Assembly: GCF_006345805.1 (NCBI RefSeq) | Contig: NC_043015.1 | Coordinates: 47,120,001 to 47,184,000, forward strand | DNA length: 64,000 bases | Direction of reading: 5' to 3' | DNA from: Octopus sinensis | Taxonomy: Eukaryota | Shown here: positions 49,035 through 60,672 of the stretch, piece by piece | Position numbering within the stretch: position 1 is the first letter of the stretch | How the letters are laid out: each line of letters starts with the position of its first letter | Position numbers and translations under genes: made by a program | The notes under the pieces: generated by a model | Seen by the model: only the letters and a program-made list of their open reading frames with translations | Database searches by the model: none | What the model was told of the DNA's origin: nothing

Positions 49035-51110
49035 ATTACTATTATTATTACTGTTGTTTTTTTTCTTCTTTCTTCAAATTTTCTTCCATTTCTCACCGAG
49101 TATTTTCCGTACACCTAGGGCAGAGAAGCTCATTGTATGCATTCCCAGGTTACACACGCAAATTCACAGGTAAAAATATGTATTTAAAAAATTAATAAAT
49201 AAATAAATTCATGAATGGATGTTGTTTTCACAGTGATAATGCTCTTCTCAGTACATGAGTCGTTCCAGTTAACACGATTTTTTGCACTTCCTGTAGGGAT
49301 GGTAAGCCTGGTATCATTTTCAAGTAGGTTTCAGTACCTTTTTTTTTTATCATTTCTAGAGATCCTACAATCACTGGTACTGTAGTCGCCTTGAGATGCC
49401 ACATTTTAAAAATTTCTATTAGCAAATCTTTATATTTACTGATCTTGTCAAATTCTATTATTGTTGTTGTTGTTGTCGTTGTCGTCGTCGTCGTCACCAT
49501 CATCATCATCATCATCATCATCACCACCATCACCATCATCATCATCATCATCATCATCATTATTATTAGGTGGCAAGCTGGCAGAATTGTTAGCATGCTG
49601 GACAAAATGCTTAGAGGAATTTCGTCTGTCTTTATCATCTGAGTTCAAATACCTCTGAGGTCGACTTTGTCTTTCACCCTTTCAGGGTCAATAAATTAAG
49701 TACCAGTCAAACACTGGGACTGTGTAATCGACTTACCCGCTCCCACCAAGTTTTAGGCCTTGTACCTATAGTAGAAAGGATTATTATTATTATTATTGCT
49801 ATTTACCAAATGTTCTGCCATGTTCTTCTTTCACTGTTGATGCACTCCCATATGCTAATCAGCCCACATGTATCTTTACCCGTCTTCATGTAGGGCTTGT
49901 GTACATTTGCCTTAGGTTGGAGGGCACCATACATTGTCATTGTCTTTTGGATAGTGTGATTGAGTTGGTTAATCTCTGCTTGTATCCATTATAGGATGGG
50001 TGCACTATAGCAGTTTAGGTGCAGTATAGCAGTTTAGGTGCAGTATAGCAGTTTAGGTGCAGTATAGCAGTTTAGGTGCACTATAGCAGCCCATATGTTG
50101 ATGGCAGTTACAAGGTTCCTTGAGTTGAGTTTTGATTTCAAGAGAAGCTTGATGTGCTTCAGATATGCAGTGGTGACCTTGTCTTTCATTTCTCTGTGCA
50201 AGATATCGTCCAACTCCAGGATCCCAAGGTACTTGTACCCATCAACATCTGGGTCTTCCATTCTGTCTCCGTTTGGCAATTCTATGCCCCTACAATCTGC
50301 TCTTTTCCTCTGTTTCAAAGTGAGCACCATATACTTCAAGATACTAAATTTCATCTCTGTATCCTTGCTACACATCTGCACAGTCTCAACCAGCCTCTCC
50401 ATTTCAGGCTCTGTTTTTGTGAACAGTTTTAAATCATCCCTGAAGAGAAGGTGCTTGAGACGAGGTCCATTCCTTCTCAGTTCATAGTGTGCATTGACTT
50501 TGCATAGGACTACAGAAAGTGGGATCAAGGCTATAACAAATAACAAAGGTGAACGAGAGTCTCCTTGGAAGATACCTCTTTTGATTGTTACCTCGGCTAA
50601 GAGCTGGTTGTTACAATAAAAGATGCGTTTTCCAACTAGGTACACTGTTTTTAATTAGTGTATACACACACTCCACTATTCCACACATTCCTATTGTTTC
50701 CAAAATCCATGAATGCAGCAACATATCACAAGCCTTTTTAAAGTCTATCCAGGCCATGCACAAGTTCTTTTGGTACCATTTGCAGTTCTTCATTGCAACC
50801 TTGTCTATCACAAAGTGGTTCTTGGTGCCCTTGAATCCTTTTTGGCATCCTTTTATCTTCTACTGCAAGTAGATTGTTTTCTGCAAGAAGTGTATATATT
50901 TTTCCTGTGAAGATGCCTGCTAACACGTTCCATAGGAGGTTAAGACAAGCAATGGGTCGGTAATTGCCAGCCTCGTTGCCCTTTGACCGATCTTTCATTA
51001 AAAATGTTGTCTTTTCCTCTACAATCCACTCCGGAACTGCACTATTGTGCAGGCAAATATCTAATTGCAACCACTTGAGCCAGAGGAAGTAGCCTTGAAT
51101 TGCTTTTATT
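49035..51110 (-). pseudogene. R4/Dong-like non-LTR retrotransposon (RT plus RLE C-terminus, internally deleted, SINE-interrupted)
   Basis: NYRPIACL, AWIDFKKA.D..HSWI, GIFQGDS.SPLLF, HLLF.DDLKL, YKYLGI, AIN.WA, then KISKYKDLLIEIFKMW...VPVIVGSL...QKIVLTGT.HVLRR*. (TAA)n on both flanks. Confidence 0.9.
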
Positions 51111-51156
51111 ATCACTATTATTATTATGATTATTATTATTATGATTATTATTATTA

Positions 51157-51191
<35 letters not shown>

Positions 51192-51193
<2 letters not shown>

Positions 51194-51270
51194 TTTTTTT
51201 TTTCTTCTTTCAAATTTGCTTCCATTTCTTGCCGAGTGTCTTCCCGACTCCTAGGGCAAAGAAACTCATA
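51192..51270 (-). mobile_element. second 3' terminus of the same R4/Dong-like family
   Basis: Matches 49050-49130 (CTAGG...CTCGG...AATGGAAG..AATTTGAA.AGAAGAAAAAAA). Confidence 0.7.
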
Positions 51271-51368
51271 GTATACATTGGTAGGCCATTAAACCAAACT
51301 CAATAGTTCGTTCTTTTTTTTTTTTTTTAAGTTAAATTAAAATACAGGAGCAGCAACAGTTCTCTATG

Positions 51369-51413
<45 letters not shown>

Positions 51414-52165
51414 GTTATTATTATTATCTCAAAGTTTGTTGTCAACTCCTGGAGTCTTGCATATGTAGCAGGCTTGCTGCCTACAGCCTATAGTACCATG
51501 TTATCTGTTTTAATACTTTTCTGATTATTTTGGCCATGCCAAGGCAAACCTTTTGTAATAGTTCTAATTTCCGCAAATGCTGCCCTCTGGTATTTTTGTT
51601 GAAATTTGGCTGTGCTCCTGTAGGCCTGAGGGAATGAAGAGGAGGGCTGGCCTTCCTGAAGTGCTCTTGGTGATCAGGACGTCTGGGATTTGTGGGGTAT
51701 CTTGACCGTCTATGGGTGGAATTCCCAATTTTGGGGGAATTTTATTGTTATTATTTTTCTTTTTACACATGCTACTTGTAAATACCCACTGTCCTTTACT
51801 TCGTATCATCCTTTCTGTTTGTGCATAACTTTTGTGGCCAATAAAGAAAGGAATTATAATTACAATAATCATTATTGAGTGAGAGAGCAGTGCATGCCAT
51901 CAAAGTGACAGTGGGGTACAAATATACGAAGCCCATTATACCCATCATGACTACCCATCTGATAAGGGTACACTAGGCACATGCATCACAACCATATGTG
52001 CACGACATGGTGATCTCATATCAAGATAAACAGGTGAGGCTCAGTTAGAATTTTCTTCAGGTTGAGTAACCCACCCCACTCAAAAGGTCCCTGAACAAAG
52101 ATGATGAATGAAACACCCATGTTTCCAAGGGTTAATTATCCAAACCCCAAACAATTCCTCATTAC

Positions 52166-52225
<60 letters not shown>

Positions 52226-52239
52226 TGGTGGTTTGTTGA

Positions 52240-52890
52240 TAGTTTCAAATTCCGCCGAGGTCAACTTTGCCTTTTATCCTTTCAGAGTTGATAAAATAAA
52301 TACCAGTACTGGGGTCGATGTAATCAGCTAATTCCTCCCCCAAATTTCAGACCTATAGGAGAAAGGATTATTGTTATTATTATTGTTGTTGTTGTTAATA
52401 AGGCGGTGAGTTGGCAGAATCGTTAGCACGCCGAACAAAAAGCTTAACAGCATTTCATCCGTTTTTATGTTCAGAGTTCAAATTCTACTGAGGTCGACTT
52501 TGCCTTACATCCTTTAAGGGTCAGTGAAATAAGTAGCAGTTAAGCACTGTGGTTGATGTAATCAACTAGCCCCCTACCCCAAAATTTCAGGCCTCGTGCT
52601 TATAATAAAAAGGATTTGGGGTTGATGTAATTGAGATATCCCTTCCCTGCAATTGCTGGCTTTGTGCCAAAATTTGAAATTAACATTATTATTATCATAA
52701 AGGCGATGAGCTGGTAGAATCGTTAGCACACCCTGTCTTTATGTTCTGAGTTCAAATGCTGCCAAGGTCGACTTTGCTTTTTGTTCTTTCAGGGTCAGTA
52801 AATTAAGTACCAGTGAAACACTGCAGATCAGTGTAGTCGACCTACCCTTTCCCCTAAATTTTAGGCCCTGTACCTATAGTAGGAAGGATT
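52240..52890 (+). mobile_element. cluster of degraded SINE family C copies
   Basis: Three to four co-oriented copies separated by (ATT)n. Confidence 0.75.
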
Positions 52891-53123
52891 ATTATAATTA
52901 TTATTATTATTATTATCATTATTATTATTATTATACAACAAAATTGCAAATAAAACTCAAGTGCTGAGAGTTTTAGTGTAGGACATTCATTAAATTTCTA
53001 TATGTACAATGAATGAAAATCGGCCCTTGAATCACTTTTGTATGTTTTCAGTCGATTTACAGACAAACACAGCCTTAGGGCTGAAACATGTAAAAAAAAA
53101 GAAGAATAGAATATATATATATA

Positions 53124-53158
53124 TATAAGAAGAGTCTCCCTGGGAGACTCTTCTTATA
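53124..53158. repeat. perfect 17-bp inverted repeat with 1-nt loop
   Basis: TATAAGAAGAGTCTCCC-T-GGGAGACTCTTCTTATA. Confidence 0.95.
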
Positions 53159-53352
53159 GTAGAGGAAATAGCTAAATTCTTTGGCTGCTATTTCTAAAAG
53201 TTCGGTGTGTGGTAAAGCAATTTTTTTGCTGAACCCTAATTATATAAAGTAATGTTTATATTTACCATAAATAGTCCTTTTACATACTGAACACTGCTTG
53301 GTAAAATTATTAATTACTAATTAATTAATTAATTTTACCCTTATTATTATTG

Positions 53353-53428
<76 letters not shown>

Positions 53429-53606
53429 CGAAATGGCAAGATAACAAAAGAATAAAAGAAACCATGATATTATGTAAATAGAGGAATTTATTTGTAAATA
53501 TAATATGTGACAATTATTCGGAAGCCATGATAAAACTCTGAGTTTTGGATGTCAGGGTGGAAACCCACCTTTTTTATTCACATACATGAATATATTTCAG
53601 CTGATC

Positions 53607-53639
<33 letters not shown>

Positions 53640-53652
53640 TTAGCTGGCAGAC

Positions 53653-53708
53653 TTGGCTGATGAGAAATCACACGCCTAGGTGGCATTAAATTTCGAAACC
53701 GGTACTGA
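53653..53708 (+). ncRNA. minimal type I hammerhead ribozyme, fully canonical core
   Basis: TTGG-CTGATGA-GAAAT-(21 nt)-ATTTC-GAA-ACC-GGT-A-CTGA. G10.1-C11.1 pair present, palindromic stem III ACCGGT, GUA triplet. Confidence 0.8.
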
Positions 53709-53989
53709 ATTGACCAGCATTTATTTGTTCTGACCCATTTGAGGTAAGACATTATTATTGTTCACTGATATTTTTTCCTATCTTGTCTGTAATGGATTTG
53801 TGACTATTCGGTGGTACAGAAGTATTTTTCAACTTCTATCTTTGGCGATATAGGTACCTTTATGTATATATAGTACCCTTATGTATATATGTACATATTT
53901 AATATTGTATGTATATATTTTATTAATTTGCCTGTACGCCTAATAATTCGCTTACTGCTTGTGATGGTATTTTAATAATACCATTCCTA

Positions 53990-54033
<44 letters not shown>

Positions 54034-54140
54034 GGAGTAAACACATAAATGTGAAACAAGGTGGAAAAAAGAGTACTCAAATACCAGGGGTAGAGTAATA
54101 TGCTTTATTTAAAAGCAGCAGAAATTCAACAAAACCTGTT

Positions 54141-54174
54141 ACTCTGAGTTTCACGTTCCCGTTCGTCGGACAGT
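54141..54174 (-). ncRNA. hammerhead-like motif, CCGACGA core variant
   Basis: Minus strand reads ACTGT-CCGACGA-ACG-GGAA-CGT-GAA-A-C-T-C-AGAGT; homologous to 29140-29173. Confidence 0.5.
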
Positions 54175-54341
54175 TTATATATATATAGAGAGAGAGATGA
54201 TGATGATGATATATATATATATATAGAGAGAGGGGGGAGAGAGAGAGAGAGAAAGAGAGAGATCGAGATCAGTGAATGAAAAAAAAAGTCGTGGCAATGA
54301 ACACCACACTGCGAAACACTAAACGTACAGCACGGGTACCC

Positions 54342-54377
54342 TATAAACTCGTACAGCTGAAGGTCTAGGTGCTCACT
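54342..54377 (+). promoter_or_regulatory. candidate TATA box and initiator
   Basis: TATAAA at 54342 and TCACT 31-35 nt downstream, in non-repetitive CpG-containing sequence about 140 nt before the candidate ATG. Confidence 0.35.
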
Positions 54378-54514
54378 GCTGTCTTTATAACAAATTGTGT
54401 TGGCTCTGAAAAATACAAGGGAAATAACTCTATTCGAACTTATTTGTCCTAGTCAGATAGGCAATAAATTAGACGACCTGAGATGCAGGCATTCCAGCTT
54501 TTGTTATCTTTTAG

Positions 54515-54631
54515 ATGGTATTGTTGTTACGTTACTCCTGCAAGCTGATCTCTCGGGTCTCTTTCTTCGTGTGCATTCTTTGCACTGCTTTCAGACTGAA
54601 CGCTGTCATTTCTCACGCCGAAAGCAATAAC
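54515..54631 (+). CDS. candidate first coding exon of a secreted or membrane protein (signal-peptide-like)
   Basis: MVLLLRYSCKLISRVSFFVCILCTAFRLNAVISHAESNN: 39 codons exactly bounded by CTTTTGTTATCTTTTAG| and |GTAAGT (phase 0). Non-repetitive context. Product not identifiable. Confidence 0.55.
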
Positions 54632-55672
54632 GTAAGTACCTTGGTGTATCTAATTGTCAGCCCACCTTTAATAGATAAAGAAAAAAATGAAAGAAATTAT
54701 GGGAAGAAGAAAAAAGAGAGAAGGGAAATTTAAACGTGCGATGTCTATCTATCTATCTACCTACCTATCTATCTATATCTATCTATCTATCTATCTATCT
54801 CTATCTATCTATCTCTATCTATCTATCTATCTATCTATCTAAGTACATGACAAAGGAATATAGTGTAAAATTATTCTCATTTAAAACAGCATACACACCT
54901 ACACATACATACATAAGTATATATAACGAGGTGTTGAAACAGAAAATTGATAATAAACAAAATATAGAAACGAGTACACTCTCCTAATTATTTATCGTAC
55001 AAGGGAATACCGTTATTCTCCCCTTTAAAGCATTTTTCAGGTAAGCCGAAACCCGATATTACTGCGGATAATAACTAAACTGGTGTGCTAGAACAACCAG
55101 GAACCCTCACGTACATCTTACTATACTTTGGGTGTGTGTTTGTGTGTAGCAATGTAAGATACCGTGAGCAACCGGTGAAGTCTGCTACTGTTTTAACGTA
55201 TTTAGTTTCTGTTTGGCTCCAGGTCAGCTCAGGTAGGCCCATAAAGGCCCTAAGCACCTAAAAGATTTTGGTGCTCCCATATATACGTAATTCAAAATAT
55301 AAACAATTATAAACCATACATTTTCTTTTCAGTTTTCAGAATGAAACAAAACTATGTTTATTTTTTATATAACCCCGCTTTATTTAAATTCAAAGTTTTC
55401 TCCTCACTATGACACCATGAACACTTCGAAATTATAATCTCAGAATCCATTTCAAATATAATTTCGGTATGTCTAAAGTGATTCCTTTTTTACTATAAAT
55501 CATTTATCATTTCTGTGGTGCCCCCTGCTTCCCTTGAAGGCCCTAAGCACGCGCTTACTTTGATTAACGGCTAATTAAGCACGAGATATACGAAACATAT
55601 GCTGAAAGGCATTCTGATAGTGACCGACTCGTCCTTGTTTTATTACGCACACACACACTCAAATAAATATAT

Positions 55673-55705
<33 letters not shown>

Positions 55706-56882
55706 GATTCCTTTGGTGTATGTGGTTGCATTTTTATCTTATAAAGGTTCCCTACACACTAGATGTTGTTTTAGCCCCAGCGCCACCATAATCAAGCAGA
55801 TCTATGATCAAAAACATTCCGGTCGTGACCCTCCCATCATTTTTCAGATGTGTAGGAGTACCTTATTCCGTCTGGGTGTGATTAAGAGTGATACTGATTG
55901 CTATTTCTTGCAGATCAAGTAACAAGCACTTAGAGGTTCTCTCGCTGATTCTTTAAAGTACTTGACAACTTCTTGGGTAGATTTATCTTCAGCGTTCTAA
56001 TCCAGCGAAGGTCAACATTGCATCCGCCTCGCTGGGGGTCGATAAGATACAACAATAGTCAAGTCATCAGTCTAATATATTTATAAAACACCCTGTATTT
56101 CTATAAAGAAGATTAATTCGTGGCCCATCTCCCCAATTTTGGGGTTTTGCTTCTGTGTAAGAATTTATTGTTTCCGTGTACGGAACTAAGCACTTTGGTC
56201 TGTCATATACCCTCCTCTGCCTACCGTAGAATAGTTCCTTCCCCATTCCTCGAGCTAAGCAAGTGCTCGAAACTTAAGTACCCGACAAGGAGGAGGAGGC
56301 AGAGTAGTAATAATAATAGTAGTTGTTGTGCTCGACTGCATCACGTACCACCAGTAGGCGAGATGATGATTTGAGCTTCGCGCTCGACTGCTAGAAATAG
56401 CAGCCAAATTTCCTTCACCCCCAACCTCCGTCTTTTTTTTTTTTTTTGGAAGGATGCATTTAGTGCATTTAGACACGGTAACATGGTATTACTAGCTATA
56501 CCGAAGGGCGGAATGGTCAAAGCTGGAATGCCTTAGATCTGCTCAAAGATGACTTGGTGTTACACAAGCAAACAAACCACAACCAGGCAGCCTCTACATG
56601 ACCGCATGATTTATTAGAAACAGCAGCTAAACATTTATACGGTCCTCTACCGTCTTAAATAAAACCCATAATAATAAAACACATCGGATAATGCTGGTTT
56701 AACAGTACAGTGCTTTTGACAAGGTCCTGCAGGCGCGACAAATCGACAATATTATGATACACTCTGGTTTCCACAGGGACCGTGTATGTACATGATGTTC
56801 TGTTCAGTCGGTTCATGGGGTAATGCACCGAAAATGTTTTTTGGAAACTCTATTAGAAATAACCGGCGAAGTTTCGCATGTC

Positions 56883-57817
56883 GTAGCTCAGATTTCCGTC
56901 GATTTCCGTAAAAAACTTTTATTTTTTTACATAAGTAATGAGAGCGAAAGAGACTAAGAGGAAGCGATTTTATGACGAGAAGGTTTCTCTTTGAAGTCGG
57001 CCTGTGTGTGTTTGATGGGGTGTGGGAGACAGTATGTTGTGTAAGTGAAGTGCTTCTGTTAGTGTGTGCGAAGAGACAGAGAGAGTAATGTGTGAAAGAG
57101 AGAGATAACTGATTTTTTACTCGGTGTATGTGTATATGTATGTATGCATGTATGTGTGTGTGTGTGTATCTATGTATGTGTGTGTGTGTAAGTATGTGTG
57201 TGTGTATGTATGTATGTATGTATGTGTGTGTGTATATGTATGTATGTGTGTGTGTGTGTATGTATGTATGTATGGCCGATTCATCGTAATTTTTTACTCG
57301 GTGTAAGTGTATATGTATGTCTGCATGTATGTGTGTGTGTGTATGTATCTATGTATGTGTGTGTGTGTATGTATGTATGTGTGTATGTATGTATGTATGG
57401 TCGATTCAGTGTAATTTTTTACTCGGTGTATGTGTATATGTATGTCTGCATGTATGTGTGTGTGTGTATGTATCTATGTGTGTGTAAGTATGTGTGTGTG
57501 TATGTATGTATGTATGTGTGTGTGTATGTATCTATGTATGTGTGTGTGTGTATGTATGTATGTATGTATGGCCGATTCATCGTAATTTTTTACTCGGTGT
57601 ATGTGTATATGTATGTCTGTCTCTTCGCACACACTAACAGAAGCACTTCACTTACACAACATACTGTCTGTCTCCCACACCCCATCAAACACACACAGGC
57701 CGACTTCAAAGAGAAACCTTCTCGTCATAAAATCGCTTCCTCTTAGTCTCTTTCGCTCTCATTACTTATGTAAAAAAATAAAAGTTTTTTACGGAAATCG
57801 ACGGAAATCTGTGCTAC
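56883..57817. mobile_element. foldback-like element: about 200-bp inverted arms around a TTTTTTACTCGGTG-(TG/TATG)n minisatellite
   Basis: Arms 56883-57080 and 57616-57817 are near-perfect (one 4-bp indel, one mismatch seen); four internal units. Confidence 0.85.
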
Positions 57818-57886
57818 TACAACCGAAACTATGCCAAATAACCTACTATGGCCACCGAATTGAATGTTGAAGGACAGGTACATCTC

Positions 57887-58352
57887 TGAAAGGCAAAGTC
57901 GACCTCGGCGGAATTTGAACTCAGAACGTAACGGTATTTCGTCTGCCGTTACGTTCTGAGTTCAAATTCCGCCGAAGTCGACTTTGTCTTTCAACCTTTC
58001 GGGGTCGATAAATTAAGGACCAGTTACGCACTGGGGTCAGTATAATCGACTTGATCCGTTTTGTCTGTCCTTGTTTGTCCCCTCTATGTTTAGCCCCTTG
58101 TGGGGGTAGTAAAGAAATATATATGTGTTTCTTTATTGCCCACAAGGGGCTAAACATAGAGGGGACAAGCAAGGACAGACAAACGGACTAAGTCGATTAC
58201 ATCGACCCCAGTGCGTAACTGGTACTTAATTTATCGACCCCGAAAGGATGAAAGGCAAAGTCGACCTCGGCGGAATTTGAACTCAGAACGCAACGACAGA
58301 CGCAATACCGCTAAGCATTTCGCCCGGTGTGCTAACGTTTCTGCCAGCTCGA
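57887..58352. repeat. SINE family C palindromic cluster
   Basis: 48-bp hairpin (57887-57934 / 57946-57993), and a tail-to-tail inverted pair (57935-58118 + and 58127-58352 -) about 8 nt apart. Confidence 0.9.
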
Positions 58353-59381
58353 AATATATATGTATGGACGAATGGATGACTGAAGGAACGACGTTTAATT
58401 GTTAGGATGTTGCACTCTCGATCAAAAGATTGTGGTTTCGATTCCTAGATCGGGTGATGCATTGTTCACTGTTGATGTTGAAATTCCAATGAAGGAGCCT
58501 TGGATCTAAGTTAGAAACCGGCTCAAGGCGGCGAGCTGGCAGAAGCTTTAGCACGCCGGGCGAAATGCGTAGCCGTATTTCGTCTGCCGCTACGTTGTGA
58601 GTTCAAATTCCGCCGAGGTCGATGTTGCCTTTCATCCTTTCGAGGTCGATATATTAAGTACCAGTTACTCACTGGGGTAGATGTAATCGACTTTATCCCT
58701 TTGTCTGTCCTTGTTTGTCCCCTCTATGTTTAGCCCCTTCTGGGCAATAAAGAAATATCTTTCTCTTTTGGCAAGAAATCTTGAAATAAAACTGAATAAT
58801 GACACACACACACACACATACATGCAAACAAACAACATTAATCTATGTGAAAGGACGAAAGACTCAGCTTCAAATAAAATAAACTTTACTTCATGCATTA
58901 AGAACTTTTTTCCTCTCCTTTGTAAATGCAGACAACCTTGTTTTATATCCAAAGTCTCACTTTGTACACAGCACACGTCTATCTCTTACTCCCGTTCCGT
59001 TGACACATGATTTGTTATGTCTTCAAATTCTGGCAATAAATGATAATAAAAGCCATGTTTGTGCTTTGCGGGAAACCAACAAGTTATGCTTATTTTGTAT
59101 TCAAGCCAATGTTTATTATATTTACAATGCATACTCCATATTTTGGCAGAAAAAGTGTCATCATTGTAAATGTTTATAAAACACAGCAGTTAGAAAAAAG
59201 GACGCCGAAGACTGTGCTTTCGGATTCTCTTGTTCAAGCCAGCAACGGAATCTTTTCATAGCGTTTCGTTCTGTTCGAAAGAAAAGCTGAATCACAACCT
59301 ATTGTCTTAACCCCCCCCCCAACCCCAGAAGAACGAAGGAAGGACATAATGTTCTCCAAGATAGGGTCCTGGAGAGCAATT

Positions 59382-60007
59382 GGATCTTTTCCTTTTGAAC
59401 GGCAGATGTCAACATAATTTCTAGTTAACTAAACACTTTTAAACTTTTTAGAATGTGTTTATAAAACATCATTTTCTCTTGGTTTTATTGAGAAAATTCT
59501 ATAGTTTGTAAGATATTTCGTCTGAAAATCCGAGCATTTCGGCAATTTTAACCAATCGATTAGCTCCATTCAACTAAAATCATTTGCTGTGTCTAAAACT
59601 GAGACAACATCCTGTAACTAACCCTAAACTTCCTCCCTAACCCTAAGCCTAAATTTTTTTTTCTTAATTGTTAAATTAATTTAATTCCATTGCTTTAGTT
59701 TTTTTACACGCGTAACAATTAAATTAATTTAACAATTAAGAAAAAAAAATTTAGGGTTAGGGGGGAGGTTTAGGGTTAGTTACAGGATGTTGTCTCAGTT
59801 TTAGACGCAGCAAATGATTTTAGCTCAAAAGAGGGCATAGGATTGGTTAAAATTCGAAAAATTAAACTATGTTAAACAAACAAATTACAATTTTCTCAAG
59901 AAAGCCAAGACAAAAAAATGTTTTATTTTGACACATTCTACCAGTATACGAAGTTTTAAAGTGTTTCGTTAACTAGAAATTGTCTGCTGTTCAAAAGGAA
60001 AAGATCC
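59382..60007. mobile_element. Merlin-type palindromic MITE
   Basis: TIR GGATCTTTTCCTTTTGAAC / GTTCAAAAGGAAAAGATCC, 8-bp TSD GAGCAATT, mirrored CCCTAA/TTAGGG motifs inside. Confidence 0.85.
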
Positions 60008-60208
60008 GAGCAATTTTACAAGCCCACTTTCGCGATCCCAGGGTAGGGGATATCAGCTCAAAGTCCTTGGGGTATGGTTGGGATTTTTCTTTCCCTTTTT
60101 TTTTCTTTTTTTTTTTTACATGGGAAAAGTCTGTTCGATATTCAGGGGTCCTGGATTCCTTTCTGGTACTACTTAAGAACAGTGGTCCCAGTGCGCGCAT
60201 CCGCGCTA

Positions 60209-60672
60209 GCTAGTCATGACTAATCGATCCTTACTTTGTGTTTTTGTGTTTTATTTACTTTGTTTAAAAAAATTATTTACTTTCATCATCATCATCATCA
60301 TCGTCATTTAACGTCCGCTTTCCATGGGTTGGACGATTTGACTGAGGTCTGGTGAACCAGGCTCCAGTCTGATCTGGCAGAGTTTCTACAGCTGGATGCC
60401 CTTCCTAACGTCAACCACTCTGAAAATGTTGTGGGTGCTTTTACGTGCCACCGGCACGAGGGCCAGTTTGGTGGTACTGGCAATGGCCACGCTCAAATGG
60501 TGCTTTTTACATGCCACCTGCACAGGAGCCAGTCCAGCGGCACTGGTGACAACCTCGCTCGAATATTACTTTGTTTAACAAAAATTATTTACTTTGCGTA
60601 AAAAAATTATTTATTTTGTGTTTTATTTACTTTGCTAGATAGTCGTTGTAGGATCGACTAGTCACGACTAGC
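60209..60672. mobile_element. TA-flanked MITE with nested family B copy
   Basis: TIR GCTAGTCATGACTAATCGATCCT / AGGATCGACTAGTCACGACTAGC with TA on both sides; family B at 60285-60565 (-). Confidence 0.7.

Noticed and set aside
53055-53096. AGCC-TTAG-GGCT-GAAAC-AT-GTA hammerhead half
   Set aside because: The upstream core reads CAGACAA and stem I does not pair; at most a decayed relic.
58932-59010. Acceptor TTCCTCTCCTTTGTAAATGCAG as possible exon 2
   Set aside because: The phase-0 frame stops after 23 codons with no convincing donor.
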